Below, piece after piece: positions 1-11,272 of a DNA stretch of 64,000 nucleotides. The stretch lies in NCBI GenBank assembly GCA_004764695.1, contig SMSO01000033.1:186001-250000 (forward strand), read 5' to 3'. The notes beneath the pieces are model-generated. The model saw nothing but the letters and a program-made list of their open reading frames with translations, was not told the origin of the DNA and searched no databases. The position numbers and the translations under genes are program-made. The first letter of the stretch is position 1, and every line of letters starts with the position of its first letter. The DNA is from Schizochytrium sp. TIO01 (Eukaryota; Protista; Bigyra: Labyrinthulomycetes).

Positions 1-457
1 TTTCCAAGTTGCATACTTTTCTTTGTTTTAAAACAACGAGCTCATTACAAAGTGCAGTAGGTACCTTCCACTTACTATGCTAGATCGTTTAAATCAATAC
101 CCCTCCCCACTGCCCAAATATAATTTTCAAAAAGCAAATTGAGCTTGAGCTTTCGATACTTGTCTTTAAAACAAGACTACACAATACAAAATGGAAATAT
201 GTTTACTGTTTATATATAGGATAGTGTCTTTTCACTCTGGCACTCTATATAGAGAAACTGAGAAAATAGTTTGTAAAGCACATGCCTTCAATTCACATGT
301 CAGCTACCAATCTTGTAATAACTTCAAGCAATTAAAATGATCAGGTGCTATGTTAAGCATGTGTAGTACCGAGAAAACAATACTTAGATATAAATGTGTA
401 CCTATTCTTGGAATCTAGGCTAAACCTATATTCTTCAAAGTGGGGCCAAATAGATAG

Positions 458-2257
458 CTAAGGTTTCCAGTCAAAGATGTGCATAAGACATGCCACCTCA
501 TTGTTTGGCCAGACAGCCCAGTCAGAATCAGCAAAATTAGAAGAGCAAAAGGACCGCAAGTCGTCCACACGAGAGCAGCCTAGAACCATATCTTGTGCTA
601 CAGCATTTGAAAGAATGGCAGAATTGAGAGCATGAACTGCCCACTTCTTTTCCATATGAGATATCTGTGGGTGTGCAATGTACTCCACCAAAGTGATTAC
701 CAAACCTGATTGTTGCGCCAAACTCTGATTACGCAAATGATCACGGCACAACGTAGCAATTGCACGGATTGCAGCAATGCTTCCCTTTGGGGATATCTTA
801 GTCTTCTGCATCGCGCTCATTACAGCAACATTGAGCCCAAATGTTGAACCAACATAACTCATAAACCCGTGGTGCGACTCTTGATGAGGTGCCTCGTACA
901 AAGGATCTGCAAGGCGAGCTTGCAGAACGTCTAAGAGGCTACCAAATAAGCCTGCATCGGCAAGAACATCTTGAACACTCTTGCCACCAAGCCAAGACCA
1001 ATAACATATATTTTTAAGTTGGGAAATCATGGTCACTTCATTGCGCAGTTCAAGAGGATTATTTTCAAAACGCTTTGCGTCTTCGAGATAAGGCGACTCA
1101 TCAGTGCCTTGGTCACGCATCTTCTCACGCCGAGCTTGGTCCAGACGCATTTGTTGAAGACTCAGAATAGACGCAGCTGAACGTTGTGATGAATCTCGAT
1201 CGTTTCTTCTAATTCGCATTGATGCTCGAGAGAACATATCAGCCAATGCACCAGGCATTCCAGCTATATTGGAAGCAATACTTGCACGTGATGCATTAGA
1301 GGCGCCAATACGACTTGGATCCACAATAGAGTTTCTACCCCGTGGACTGAAAAACCCTTTGCTGTTGCGACGCATGGACTGATTCATTGTCATGCTCTGG
1401 GCGTCGTCTCCTAAAGCTCCTGAAGATGGAGAGGTAAGCACTTCGCGAGACAGCTCCCCTCCTACCACAGCCGATGCTGCACTAGCGCGAGAAGATGATG
1501 AAAAGGCACTATGAAGGCGTTGTTTGAAAGCCGATGACCTGCGTCTACTTGGTGAATATACTCCTTCACTATTCTTCTGTTGGATTGTAGGGCTTGATGT
1601 AATATTAAATACATCGCCTTCGCCATTGTTCAGATACAATGATGACTTACTTGTATCTACAGAGAGAGAAGCGGATGCATGCCGCCCTATGTCACGCTCA
1701 GAGCGCTTCCTGGGCTCGGATTCCGAATACAGCGACATTGTCTTGGTACCATTCTTCATAGAGCCAACAGATCGGTTGCTCTCGACAGAACCCCTGCCAC
1801 CACCTTCTATATGACTAACTTTGCGTCCACCCTTTGAACCAGGTAGGGCAAAGCTCTTGTTCATATCTCTGGCTGGTTGAGGAATGTCGATGCTAGAAGT
1901 TGAAGATTGGCGTCTTAAGTTCCACAGTGGGCCCGGATGTTCTGAATCAATTAAAGATTGTGAGGTGCTCTTCTCTTCGGTTTGCTTTCGCTCCAGATCA
2001 TAATCTTCACCATCGTTTAACACTGGCTGAGCAGCACTGAGTCTACCTACAGTCTGAAGGCTACCTAAGTACGATTTTGTCTGTTCTTCTTCCTCGGCCT
2101 CCTCTATATCTGTCACTCGAATATCATTTGGAGCTGGCCTAAAGCTAGCCTGCGTTTCCGTTTCGTCGCTATCAGCACTCGCCTCGGGGATCGGCGCGGC
2201 CTCGGATGACGTACTTGCTACGCCTGAGTACTCTTCGCTGGTTGATAGGTGCGCCAT
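458..2257 (-). CDS. Protein with long Ser/Arg-rich disordered N-terminus and C-terminal armadillo-like helical domain (possibly ARMH2-like)
   Basis: The ORF track gives 613 aa from a GTG at 2299; the first ATG is at 2257 (MAHLST...). The C-terminal ~190 aa has ARM-type helices (AAIRAIATLCRDHLRNQSLAQQSGLVITLVEYI; KKWAVHALNSAILSNAVAQDMV). The ARMH2 resemblance is from memory of its W-x-x-W-x-x-N C-terminus and is unverified. Confidence 0.7.
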   Translation of the reverse strand: MAHLSTSEEYSGVASTSSEAAPIPEASADSDETETQASFRPAPNDIRVTDIEEAEEEEQTKSYLGSLQTVGRLSAAQPVLNDGEDYDLERKQTEEKSTSQSLIDSEHPGPLWNLRRQSSTSSIDIPQPARDMNKSFALPGSKGGRKVSHIEGGGRGSVESNRSVGSMKNGTKTMSLYSESEPRKRSERDIGRHASASLSVDTSKSSLYLNNGEGDVFNITSSPTIQQKNSEGVYSPSRRRSSAFKQRLHSAFSSSSRASAASAVVGGELSREVLTSPSSGALGDDAQSMTMNQSMRRNSKGFFSPRGRNSIVDPSRIGASNASRASIASNIAGMPGALADMFSRASMRIRRNDRDSSQRSAASILSLQQMRLDQARREKMRDQGTDESPYLEDAKRFENNPLELRNEVTMISQLKNICYWSWLGGKSVQDVLADAGLFGSLLDVLQARLADPLYEAPHQESHHGFMSYVGSTFGLNVAVMSAMQKTKISPKGSIAAIRAIATLCRDHLRNQSLAQQSGLVITLVEYIAHPQISHMEKKWAVHALNSAILSNAVAQDMVLGCSRVDDLRSFCSSNFADSDWAVWPNNEVACLMHIFDWKP

Positions 2258-3132
2258 GGAGTTCGAGTCTTGCTTCAATTCAGAAAAGGGGGTGAACACT
2301 GTCTTTTCCTTCTTTGCCTACGCGCCAAGGCTCATTAAATATTCAGTGGTTTCCTCTACGAAAGGGAGCTTTGCTTGGTTTGTTGAACTGGAATAGTAAC
2401 GACGGGCTTTATTGCTGTCTGTATCGACAGTACATTGGGCTTTTAGATGGCCCAAAACATATTATATCATTCAACGGCTCCTTTTATTAAAACCCATTCT
2501 TATTTCCACCTGACCTATATAAGTCTAGACCTTTTTTTCTTCTTTTAAAAAATAATATTTCACTTTAAAAATAATAATTATAATTAAATATTTATTTTCT
2601 ATATATATTTTTAATGTTGGGATTTGATGAAATAAAAAGTTGAGTCGATTCTGTCGTGGTATTGCAATTAGATTTACATGATGCCTATTTGGCGATAACT
2701 AGACCACTTGAATTAAAAAACAAAATAAGAAAGTATAAATCCACATGTTCGACGATTACAGAATGACAAATTGAATCATGACAGAAATCAATGACTTTGC
2801 GCCAATTGCAAATAGAAGTTGAGCCGAGCACTTTTAATTTACATTCATTGCTTTTTCTTCAGCAATAAAAGTGGCTTGGTGTTGACCTCCTATTATTTAT
2901 TTGTTTTGTAATTATTTTTTCATTATAACTTAATTAAATCATGCGGCATAGCATATCTGAATGGTATGATTCACGATATGTGTAGCATACATAGAGGTTG
3001 TCTTTATATTACGTTGCATGCAGCACTTTCAGTACTCACCAACAACATAATTTCCATCAATCATGACTTATATTATTTATATGAATATATATATATATAT
3101 ATATAGTTGGAGACACTACGCCGTGAAAGGCC

Positions 3133-4167
3133 TTACAACGTCCAGCGGTCTGTACCCATAAGTTGATCGAACCAAGGCGTGATGGAAAAGTTGCTCTTAA
3201 GCGTGCGATGATGAACCTCGTGAAACCATACGTTAAAGTCATCATACTTTTGCGTCCATGTAGAAAGTGGACCAAGTAAAGGCATCGTTGGCAATGGCTT
3301 ACCTGCATGCGACGCCATCTCATGCCAGAATACATACGTCGCAATGAGCGCTTGATCAAATTGATCGATGGGACCAACCAATCCCTCATACAAACCACCA
3401 CCGACGAGAAAGGGAATGGAAGCCTCAATGATGAGATCCCACCAGTCAAAATGGTAGTTTGTCGTGATCTGAGTTGCACTATGTTCATGGTGCGTCCGAT
3501 GGTTATATTGATAAACATATTTCATATGAAGCACCTTGTGACCTAGCCAAAAGACAACATCAACCCAGACTCGCATCCAGACAAGACGCATGAGAAATCG
3601 AAGTGGGCGCCAAGGGCCTTCTTTTGCGAGAACCGCCTCTGCAGGCTTTCTTCTGAAGGCATGAACCTGAATCATACCCATGATAGAGTTTGCAACCAAG
3701 TTGCACCTTAGATAGTCCGTTATCGCGTCTCCCGCAGTTCGCGGGAGTCGTTTATCCGAAAAGAATGGAACGTGAGCATAAAGCTTGTTGATCAAAAACT
3801 GGTGCCAGACCACACAACTATCCACCATCACAACATTGGTGGCCATCATTTTGAAAAACGTTAGTGCAAAAGAGTCAGACTGCTTGAGATCCCCAACTAG
3901 TCGAGTTTTAAGTAAAACTGCTGTTAGTACTGAAGCATTCGTGACAAACCAAGAACCAACAGGGTGGTCTTGCCAGCGCTCGGCGCTCGGTCGCCGTTGT
4001 GCTTTGCCCGTGACGCTCACTTCTTCCGCCTCCTTCTTCCGAAGTGCCTTGACCTCTTCAGCACTTCGAAATCCATACGCAAGCGTCGCGACCAAGAGAA
4101 GAGCCGCCAGCTTTTGCTCAGTGGTCTTGGGTGCAAGACCTCGTATCTTTTCCAGCACTGAAGACAT
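3133..4167 (-). CDS. Fatty acid hydroxylase/sterol desaturase superfamily membrane di-iron enzyme, paralog 1
   Basis: 344 aa. His boxes GHKVLH, HRTHHEH, HEMASHAG and FHEVHH; C-terminal NFSITPWFDQLMGTD typical of ERG3/ERG25/CH25H-type proteins; several hydrophobic segments. Confidence 0.9.
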   Translation of the reverse strand: MSSVLEKIRGLAPKTTEQKLAALLLVATLAYGFRSAEEVKALRKKEAEEVSVTGKAQRRPSAERWQDHPVGSWFVTNASVLTAVLLKTRLVGDLKQSDSFALTFFKMMATNVVMVDSCVVWHQFLINKLYAHVPFFSDKRLPRTAGDAITDYLRCNLVANSIMGMIQVHAFRRKPAEAVLAKEGPWRPLRFLMRLVWMRVWVDVVFWLGHKVLHMKYVYQYNHRTHHEHSATQITTNYHFDWWDLIIEASIPFLVGGGLYEGLVGPIDQFDQALIATYVFWHEMASHAGKPLPTMPLLGPLSTWTQKYDDFNVWFHEVHHRTLKSNFSITPWFDQLMGTDRWTL

Positions 4168-5437
4168 TTCTTCAAACAGGTGCGTCCTCGCTCAAGCCAG
4201 AAAACTGCCAGCTGGCACTCACCCCAGCTGCTTCTTCAATCCACCAACCTGCTCCCTCGCGCCCCTGTCTCAGCAATACCTCCCAGTCTCTTCAAGCGGC
4301 CTTCCTCCATCCAGTTGCGGTTCTGTTCGACCTCTGCTCGGAGACCTTCTTTGTCCAGCCAGAACCATCTCCTGCACTGAGTTATAGTCCCAATAGTCTA
4401 TAGTATCCGCACCATCGTACTATCAACAATCCCACCCCCACAAGTGACTTATACGCTGCTCACAACTAGACCAAACAACCGTATCTTCTTTGCTCTCGGG
4501 ACAATCTTGCCGTCGGACACAGCGCCTCGCCAGTGCAAAACCCTCATCCTTAATCATACCCCTTTTTTCAAGGTTCGCGCTTTTGCAATGGCGGCAGTAT
4601 CTTCGTCGATCTTGAGACTCAGGACGAGCGATCTTTAGGCGGCAGGGGAATCAACCAATCAATCAATCAATCGCGAAACACGACCACCATCACGAGCTAC
4701 CTCGAGCGAGAAAGATCTGCACTCCCAGAAGTCCAATGGACTGGTTTTGATTCTGTTTTCCTGTCTTGAGATCAGAAGATACCAGACTCGGATAGTATCA
4801 ATATATATATATATTGATATATCTGAGGAAATGAATGTCCACTGTAAGATAAAAATTAGTGCATTAGGTGCCTTAGGCGCCCGCTATTCAGTGCTAGAGC
4901 GAGGAAGAATGGACTCTGCTTCGCAAATGTTTGCGTTCTCCTGCTTTGGTGTATAGTCCCAAATGCTCGTCGCCTTACGTGGAAAAGGAGAAACCTTAAA
5001 GACGGCGCCTCTGGGTCCGGGCAGATCCAACGGCAGCTGAGCTGGAGAAAAGGCGCGTGGCGAAGAGCAATTTGTTCTGGCGATGGAATGATTATTGGGT
5101 CGTAAAATGCGTGCAGAAACACGCAATGCTCGCGACCGGCGGACTGGAGCTGTCTCTTATCCTGTCTTGATGGGGAAAGCGCCTCCTAGTTTAATGGACA
5201 GGTGCCTTACGCTGGGTTGCATGAAGTTTACATGGGCTTATATATTTGTTAAGAAGAACCAGAGCCTCGTGCTTTAGAAAGGGAAGCGGGAAGTACTTAT
5301 GGTCTTATCCTCGTCAACAAGAAGCCAAAAGGTAGAGGCACGACTATGGAGGTGGCTGAGGAGGACAGCATCCAGATTTCCTGCATCTGATAGAGCTTTT
5401 AAGATAATTAATTATTTTATATTTCCGAAGACGTGAA

Positions 5438-6454
5438 CTAAAGCTCCCAACGGTCCGTACCCATGAGCTGATCGAACCAAGGAGTAATTGACAAGTTATA
5501 CTTGAGCGTGCGGTGGTGAACTTCATGAAAAAAAGAATTGAAGTCGTCAAACCGCTGCGTCCATGTAGCAAGTGGCGCAAGGAGAGGCATGGTCGGCAAG
5601 GGCTTGCCCGCATGCGACTCAATTTCATGCCAAAAAATATAGGTGGAAAGGAGCGACATGTCGAACGGGTCGATAGCTCCAAACGCTTTCTTGTAAGCAA
5701 TAGCACCGAAAACAAATGGGATGTACGCCTCAATAACAAGATCCCACCAGTCAAAATGATAGTTTGTTGTCAGTTGAGTGGAGCTATGCTCATGATGGGT
5801 CCGGTGATTCCACGAGTAGAATTGTTTCTTGTGCAAAACAATGTGTCCTGCCCAAAAAAAGACGTCCACGAACACCCGGAACCACGCAAGGCGAGCAAGG
5901 AAGCGTAGTGGCCGCCAAGGTGCCGTATCCACTCGAAGAGGAGTCTTCTTTTGCATAAAACCGCGTACCTGAAAGATCCCCGTCAACGTCTTCGCAACAA
6001 AGTTGCATTTAAGATAGTCAAAAAGCACATCAAATAACGTCTGCTTGACACGTTTTTCAGAGAAGAAGGGGACGTGGCTATAAACTTTATTGATGAGGAG
6101 CCAGTTAATGGCCATCGCTCCATCGACAAGAACTATGTTTGCACCCCAAAGCTTTGCAAAATTCACTGCAAAAGACTGCGTAGGGTCCATCTCACCTACA
6201 AGTTTGTCTTTAAGGTATACCAAAAACCATACTGATGCGTTCGTAATCAGCCATGAAGCGACTGGGTGGTCTTGAATCTTGCTTGCCGAAGGAGTGCGCT
6301 GCGCCTTTTTCGACTTGGCTGCTTCGATCTCCTGCTGCCTCAGAGTCTTGACTTCATTCGCGCTTTTGAATCCATATGCAAGGGTTACTACCATCAATAA
6401 AGCTGCAAGCTTCTGCTCAGTCGTTTGCATTATCTTTGAAGTAGTGGCCTCCAT
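5438..6454 (-). CDS. Fatty acid hydroxylase/sterol desaturase superfamily enzyme, paralog 2
   Basis: 338 aa. GHIVLH, HRTHHEH, HEIESHAG, FHEVHH, NLSITPWFDQLMGTD; colinear with paralog 1 over its whole length. Confidence 0.9.
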   Translation of the reverse strand: MEATTSKIMQTTEQKLAALLMVVTLAYGFKSANEVKTLRQQEIEAAKSKKAQRTPSASKIQDHPVASWLITNASVWFLVYLKDKLVGEMDPTQSFAVNFAKLWGANIVLVDGAMAINWLLINKVYSHVPFFSEKRVKQTLFDVLFDYLKCNFVAKTLTGIFQVRGFMQKKTPLRVDTAPWRPLRFLARLAWFRVFVDVFFWAGHIVLHKKQFYSWNHRTHHEHSSTQLTTNYHFDWWDLVIEAYIPFVFGAIAYKKAFGAIDPFDMSLLSTYIFWHEIESHAGKPLPTMPLLAPLATWTQRFDDFNSFFHEVHHRTLKYNLSITPWFDQLMGTDRWEL

Positions 6455-8849
6455 TTCCCCCGACGTTTCGCTTCACTGTGTCCTTCACTGACGTTGTTTT
6501 TCAATGTTGCTCCCACAAGAACCACACTAGTCACCGCCTGCTTCTTGATCGGACTTTTAGGATTCAAGATTTGACAATCGTGAAGTTTAGTCTCTATGAT
6601 CGTCAGTCAAAGTCTTCGGGCTTTGCTGTGGCTCTTGGGTCACGCTGTGATAGGCTCGACCTTTTCCGTGCCACCCTTCTGGACACCGTCGGACCGGTGT
6701 CTTCTTGTGATCTAGTTGAGTGAATAAGGAGCAGTCCTTCCTTGCCTGGTGAGTCAGTCTCCCTCGTCCTGTTTAGTTTAAAAGTGAGGCAGCTCACAGA
6801 TGATGACCTCGTGAGGTCCTCACTCACCGCACGGGCTCTGCGCGGGGACACAAGCTGAGGTTTGTCATCATCAAAAGACCAAATCGAAGGATTCTCGAGA
6901 TCATCTTGGAACTACTGTTAAAAGTAAGTAGGTAGGTAGATAGGTAGGTACCTACTAGATAGTTATAGTACAAGTACATGTTCGGGCACGTAAAAATAAA
7001 CTTCCACGATCCAAGTACAAAATCAATGATATGATGGTAAGCTCGCTCAAGGTATCGCTACCTGCTCTTGCTCTTGCTTGCTTGTCTTGTTCATGGATGG
7101 AGCAGCATCCGAGCACAATTGTGACGCTGGAGGGGAGTATTAGCGAGTGAGCAAGAAGAAAAGCTGCGTTAATGCTTCATATTATAAATTTTGCACCACT
7201 CACTGTCCTGTATTGTGTGTATACTGAGGTTCCGAATACAGCTTGCATTGCGCGGGTTGTCTGGGGGTCTCAAAATATGCACAATATCTTGGCTAGTGTG
7301 ACGCCAAAGCTGGTAACGTTAGAATAACGAAAGGGAGACACTAGGCTTTGAGAGGGTCTCGCTAGCAGCACTGGCGTAGGCACATGCGCCTGTCAGCACA
7401 GGCGGAAACGGCACCTTTCGAGCATCCGAAGGATTTTATCCTAAGGGTTTACTTCCATGACTAGCTTAGACAGGTAACAAACGGAATTTATAGTGCCTTG
7501 CAAACTTGGTCCAATGGATTTAAATGATACGTTTTCCTTGAGCAGATTAATCGTTTGTGTTTTTGAGGGCTTTGCGGAATACCTCAAGGTGCAACAGTGT
7601 CTATATCCACTACCATCGCATGGTGCAGTACAACAGTCGTCAAGCTAACTTCAAAATTTAAACTTCACCCAATCAGGCATCCCTCTTCTAGGCTGTCAAG
7701 ACGTTGCGAGTCTAGGGCCGACGCTTTGCTTGTGCAATTCTACCCTTTGAGTAAGATACTCTAGCTTCTTTAGCTTCTGCCTTCACAAGCGCAATCTGCA
7801 AAACATGTATGAAAGCGTATGACTTTCGGCGGCAGTCTGGTCGAGATTTCTTCTGTCACGCCGAAATTCGCCCACATGATTGTTTTATTAGCATTCGCCT
7901 CTGTTGATGCATGTAGTTGCACGGTAGTTTATATCTAGCTTGCCATAGACCCTCTGTAAATCTACCCCTACTTATCACAACTTTCAACAGCTACCTAGAT
8001 GCTTCAAGTTACTTGCTTAAAAAAACTAAAACTAAAAGTCCCCAACAAAATACATAATTCCACCATAAGTATAGCAACTCCAATCATATATTCTCAAGTC
8101 CCTCGTGAGTGTTTAAACATGTCGTACTATACCAGCGCGAGAGACAACGAATCAAATCCGAGCTAAACCTAGACAGCTGCCACTTCAAATCAGGATGCAA
8201 AAGTCTTACTTTGCTGCCAAATGTGGATCATTAATGCACGCTTGCCTGGGCCAGGTATTGTCTATCTGCCGAGCCTCATCGGTATCTTTGGCGCGCATTG
8301 TCTTCCGACACTCGCATTGCCTACAACGCTGAGCATTGCGCAGAGTTTAGAGCCGCCTTATATCTTTGCAGCGAAGGCCCCGAATCTGCCCCTTCTAATA
8401 TATTGCACAGTAGAGTGCATTCAATTAACGCGTATAGAGTTCCGACATTTGCATTGAGTGCAGTACTTTACATTGCGTGGCCCTGTCATAATTGGAAACA
8501 GACCCCCACAACATGTCCTTTCCAATAAATTTGCAGAGATCATTCAACAGCTCAATCCGTTTATCGGCAGGCAAATTAAGCAAAATGGCAACTTGAGAAC
8601 ACGTTCTTATAAGGAAGGCGGCTGTCCCTGAGAAAGTGTGCTCTTGAAGGCCGGCTATTCTCAAATCTTATTCTCAACCAACTAACACGTGACTTTCTCC
8701 TGACAACCTCTGATTGAGTTCGTAATCGTGACGAGGGCTGGAAATTTGCCCGTGCACTCGTCACGAGCAAGTCCTGAACATTTACGCTTAGGCCTGTGGA
8801 CACCTCAGGAACACTTTGGAGTGTATGGAAATAGTTCTGCGTTTTTGTC

Positions 8850-8900
8850 TTAGTTTTAGTTTTAGTTTTAGTTTTAGTTTTAGTTTTAGTTTTAGTTTTA
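8850..8900. repeat. (TTAGTT)n microsatellite
   Basis: About 8 perfect hexamer copies. Confidence 0.95.
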
Positions 8901-10155
8901 TTTTCCAAAATCTACAATTGAACAACCTCGTTCTGCTGAAAGTCAATTCAGAGCGGCGCGACTGTCTCGCCCCAGAAATCTAAATCAAGCACAACTTACG
9001 GATATCTATGGCTTTATTAGCGCACATGATTCAGGTCTGGCTCACTCAGATGTCCCTTGGCCAATGTTCACCTTCATAAAATTTGTGCTGGTCTCACCTT
9101 AGTTGTGCTATACCTTGTCGTACCCAGGCTTTTGTGGGGCTCGACCATCTCCTGTAAATGCTAAATGAAGGGTCTGTCCAGGCACTGCCGAAGAGTTTCG
9201 CATCGATCTCTTCTTCTTGAAAGCAAAGCTACTACGCCAGCATATCGCCATGACCTACGTAGTCTATAAAAGAATCGGCACTCAGTATGTCTGTCCCGCA
9301 GGAGGACTTAGCGGGACATGGCCATGTCCTGTGATAGGCCACGTACAGATCCACCACCCTCTTCCGAGAGCCCAGTCTCCGCGCTGCCGTTTCGAAGCTT
9401 GGCCAGACTGCCACCAGCGCAGTCAGTACGCAGGAAGATTGGCGCCTGGATCCAGCCATTCCCAGGTCCTCGAGAGCAGAGGTAATCATGCAGAACCATG
9501 GAACTTGGAGACCGTAAGACGGCATTCAGGTGATCTTTTCCCTACAGAAGTTGAGGCTGGCTTGCTTTCTGTAAGCCTGCTTGTTGGAATGAGCCCTCTC
9601 AAAAATACACAACGCGGCTGCTGTGCAATCTTAGACCAGGAATCTTGGACCGCGAGGGAAGAAGATCTTTTAGCCTTCTTCTTGCATCGTAGGAATCCGT
9701 TCGTAAGAATGCACCTCAAGGTCTGCAGAGCATTCTCTCAGGATGGACGCGACATGCCGATCATTAGCAGCACGCGCCTGTTGCAGTCAAGTTGGCCACA
9801 GGATACCTCCCGTCGACATCTGCGTTGACGGCGACTCCGTATGCAAGCGCTTTTTATTTTTATTTTATTATTTTTTTATATATTTTTTTTAAAATCATGA
9901 ATTCCGAGTCGTCATTTACACTTTAAAAATGAAACAAGCGATGTATAATATTTAAATATAAATTATGAAGAGAAGCTTGGTGTGCATTTATGACCTGCAG
10001 TTTCCAAGCCCTAGAAGATGGGTTTAGTGACTACGTTTTGGGGTCTGATAAAACTGACACTACTACAACTTGATTCGAAATGGCGGCTGCTTGGCGCCTC
10101 TGCTCCATGCGAAAGCTCTCGAGGCCATTATGTATGTGTTCAGCCAGTTCGAAAC

Positions 10156-10185
10156 CCCTGATTCCCTGATTCCCTGATTCCCTGA
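10156..10185. repeat. (CCCTGATT)n short tandem repeat
   Basis: 3-4 octamer copies; a (GAAAA)n tract follows at ~10250-10284. Confidence 0.85.
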
Positions 10186-11192
10186 ATGAACACTTTCGAT
10201 TCTTTTCGACCATACATATTGAAAACTACAGAAAATGAAGTAGAGAGAAAAAAGAAAAGAAAAGAAAAGAAAAGAAAAGAAAAACAGATTTCTCTAAGTG
10301 TTACTAAAAGAAAAGGCATCCATCCACCCACTCTTAGTGACAGCCTATCCATTTGCTAGACGCTGTCAAGTGGCAGGCTTTTTGGCTCACGAATTTCTTA
10401 CAAACTGATCTTAGGAGGGCGGCCTACAGCCACCTACGCAAAAGCTAGCCAACTACCCACCTGGGCAAGCACACGAATAAAAAGAAGAAGGTGAACGCAT
10501 GAATCCTTGGAGCTTCTACGAGCCAGGTAACAGGTTCTACTGCTACAATAAAGAAAGGTCGAGTTTAATTTAAACCAGGAGAGCAGTCCTGGCAGGTACC
10601 TATGTAACCCTTATCTGTCTCCGCACTCAATTACCCCCACAGAAGAAGAGAAAATGTACGGGACTAAGTACTTATATGACTTGTGTACCCACAGCTACCT
10701 CGGCTCAGCAAAGAGCGATTGCTGCGGCTGCTCAAAGGTTTAGAAGCGCTCAATACTTCTGACTCGCGATGACACGCCGCCTCAAACTCCGTTCACGCTG
10801 AGGCCTCGTCACGTGGAGCTGCTATCCTAGCAGCAGCGAAGGCTTAAAAGATCGCCAAGAACACTCAGGCGTGGGAGAGCACAGCGCTGACCATGGAATG
10901 AAGGAGCTCTTCGGGAATGAGGAGAGATCAAACAGAACCAACGAGCCCGAGCCTCAACTCGAGGAATCCAAAGTTTAGAGCCAAGCAAGCAAGAGGGGTA
11001 CGCGCTCGGCGCTGGTCAGGCTGTGGGTAGGTAGGTACCTACGAGCTAATTTGTATGCGCAGTATTTGGTACCTGGGTAGTAAAGAAGGAAGCCTTCTTT
11101 TGGAAAAACTTCGACTGCAGAAAGAACTCCATGTTTGTTTATTCTATCTAAGCTGTCAGCTTCGCTGTTTCATTATTTTCAAATTGCTTTGA

Positions 11193-11272
11193 TTTGGTTT
11201 GGTTTGGTTTGGTTTGGTTTGGTTTGGTTTGGTTTGGTTTGGTTTGGTTTGGTTTGGTTTGGTTTGGTTTGG
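11193..11272. repeat. (TTTGG)n microsatellite
   Basis: About 16 perfect pentamer copies. Confidence 0.97.

Noticed and set aside
8850-8900. (TTAGTT)n and (TTTGG)n at 11193 as interstitial telomere repeats
   Set aside because: They do not match TTAGGG/TTTAGGG-type repeats; ordinary microsatellites. The KTKTKT ORF at 8576-8908 is a by-product.
9217-9828. 203-aa ORF in the FAH2-A spacer
   Set aside because: Non-ATG start in the track, no recognisable motif, composition not convincingly protein-like; may be a relic but unsupported.
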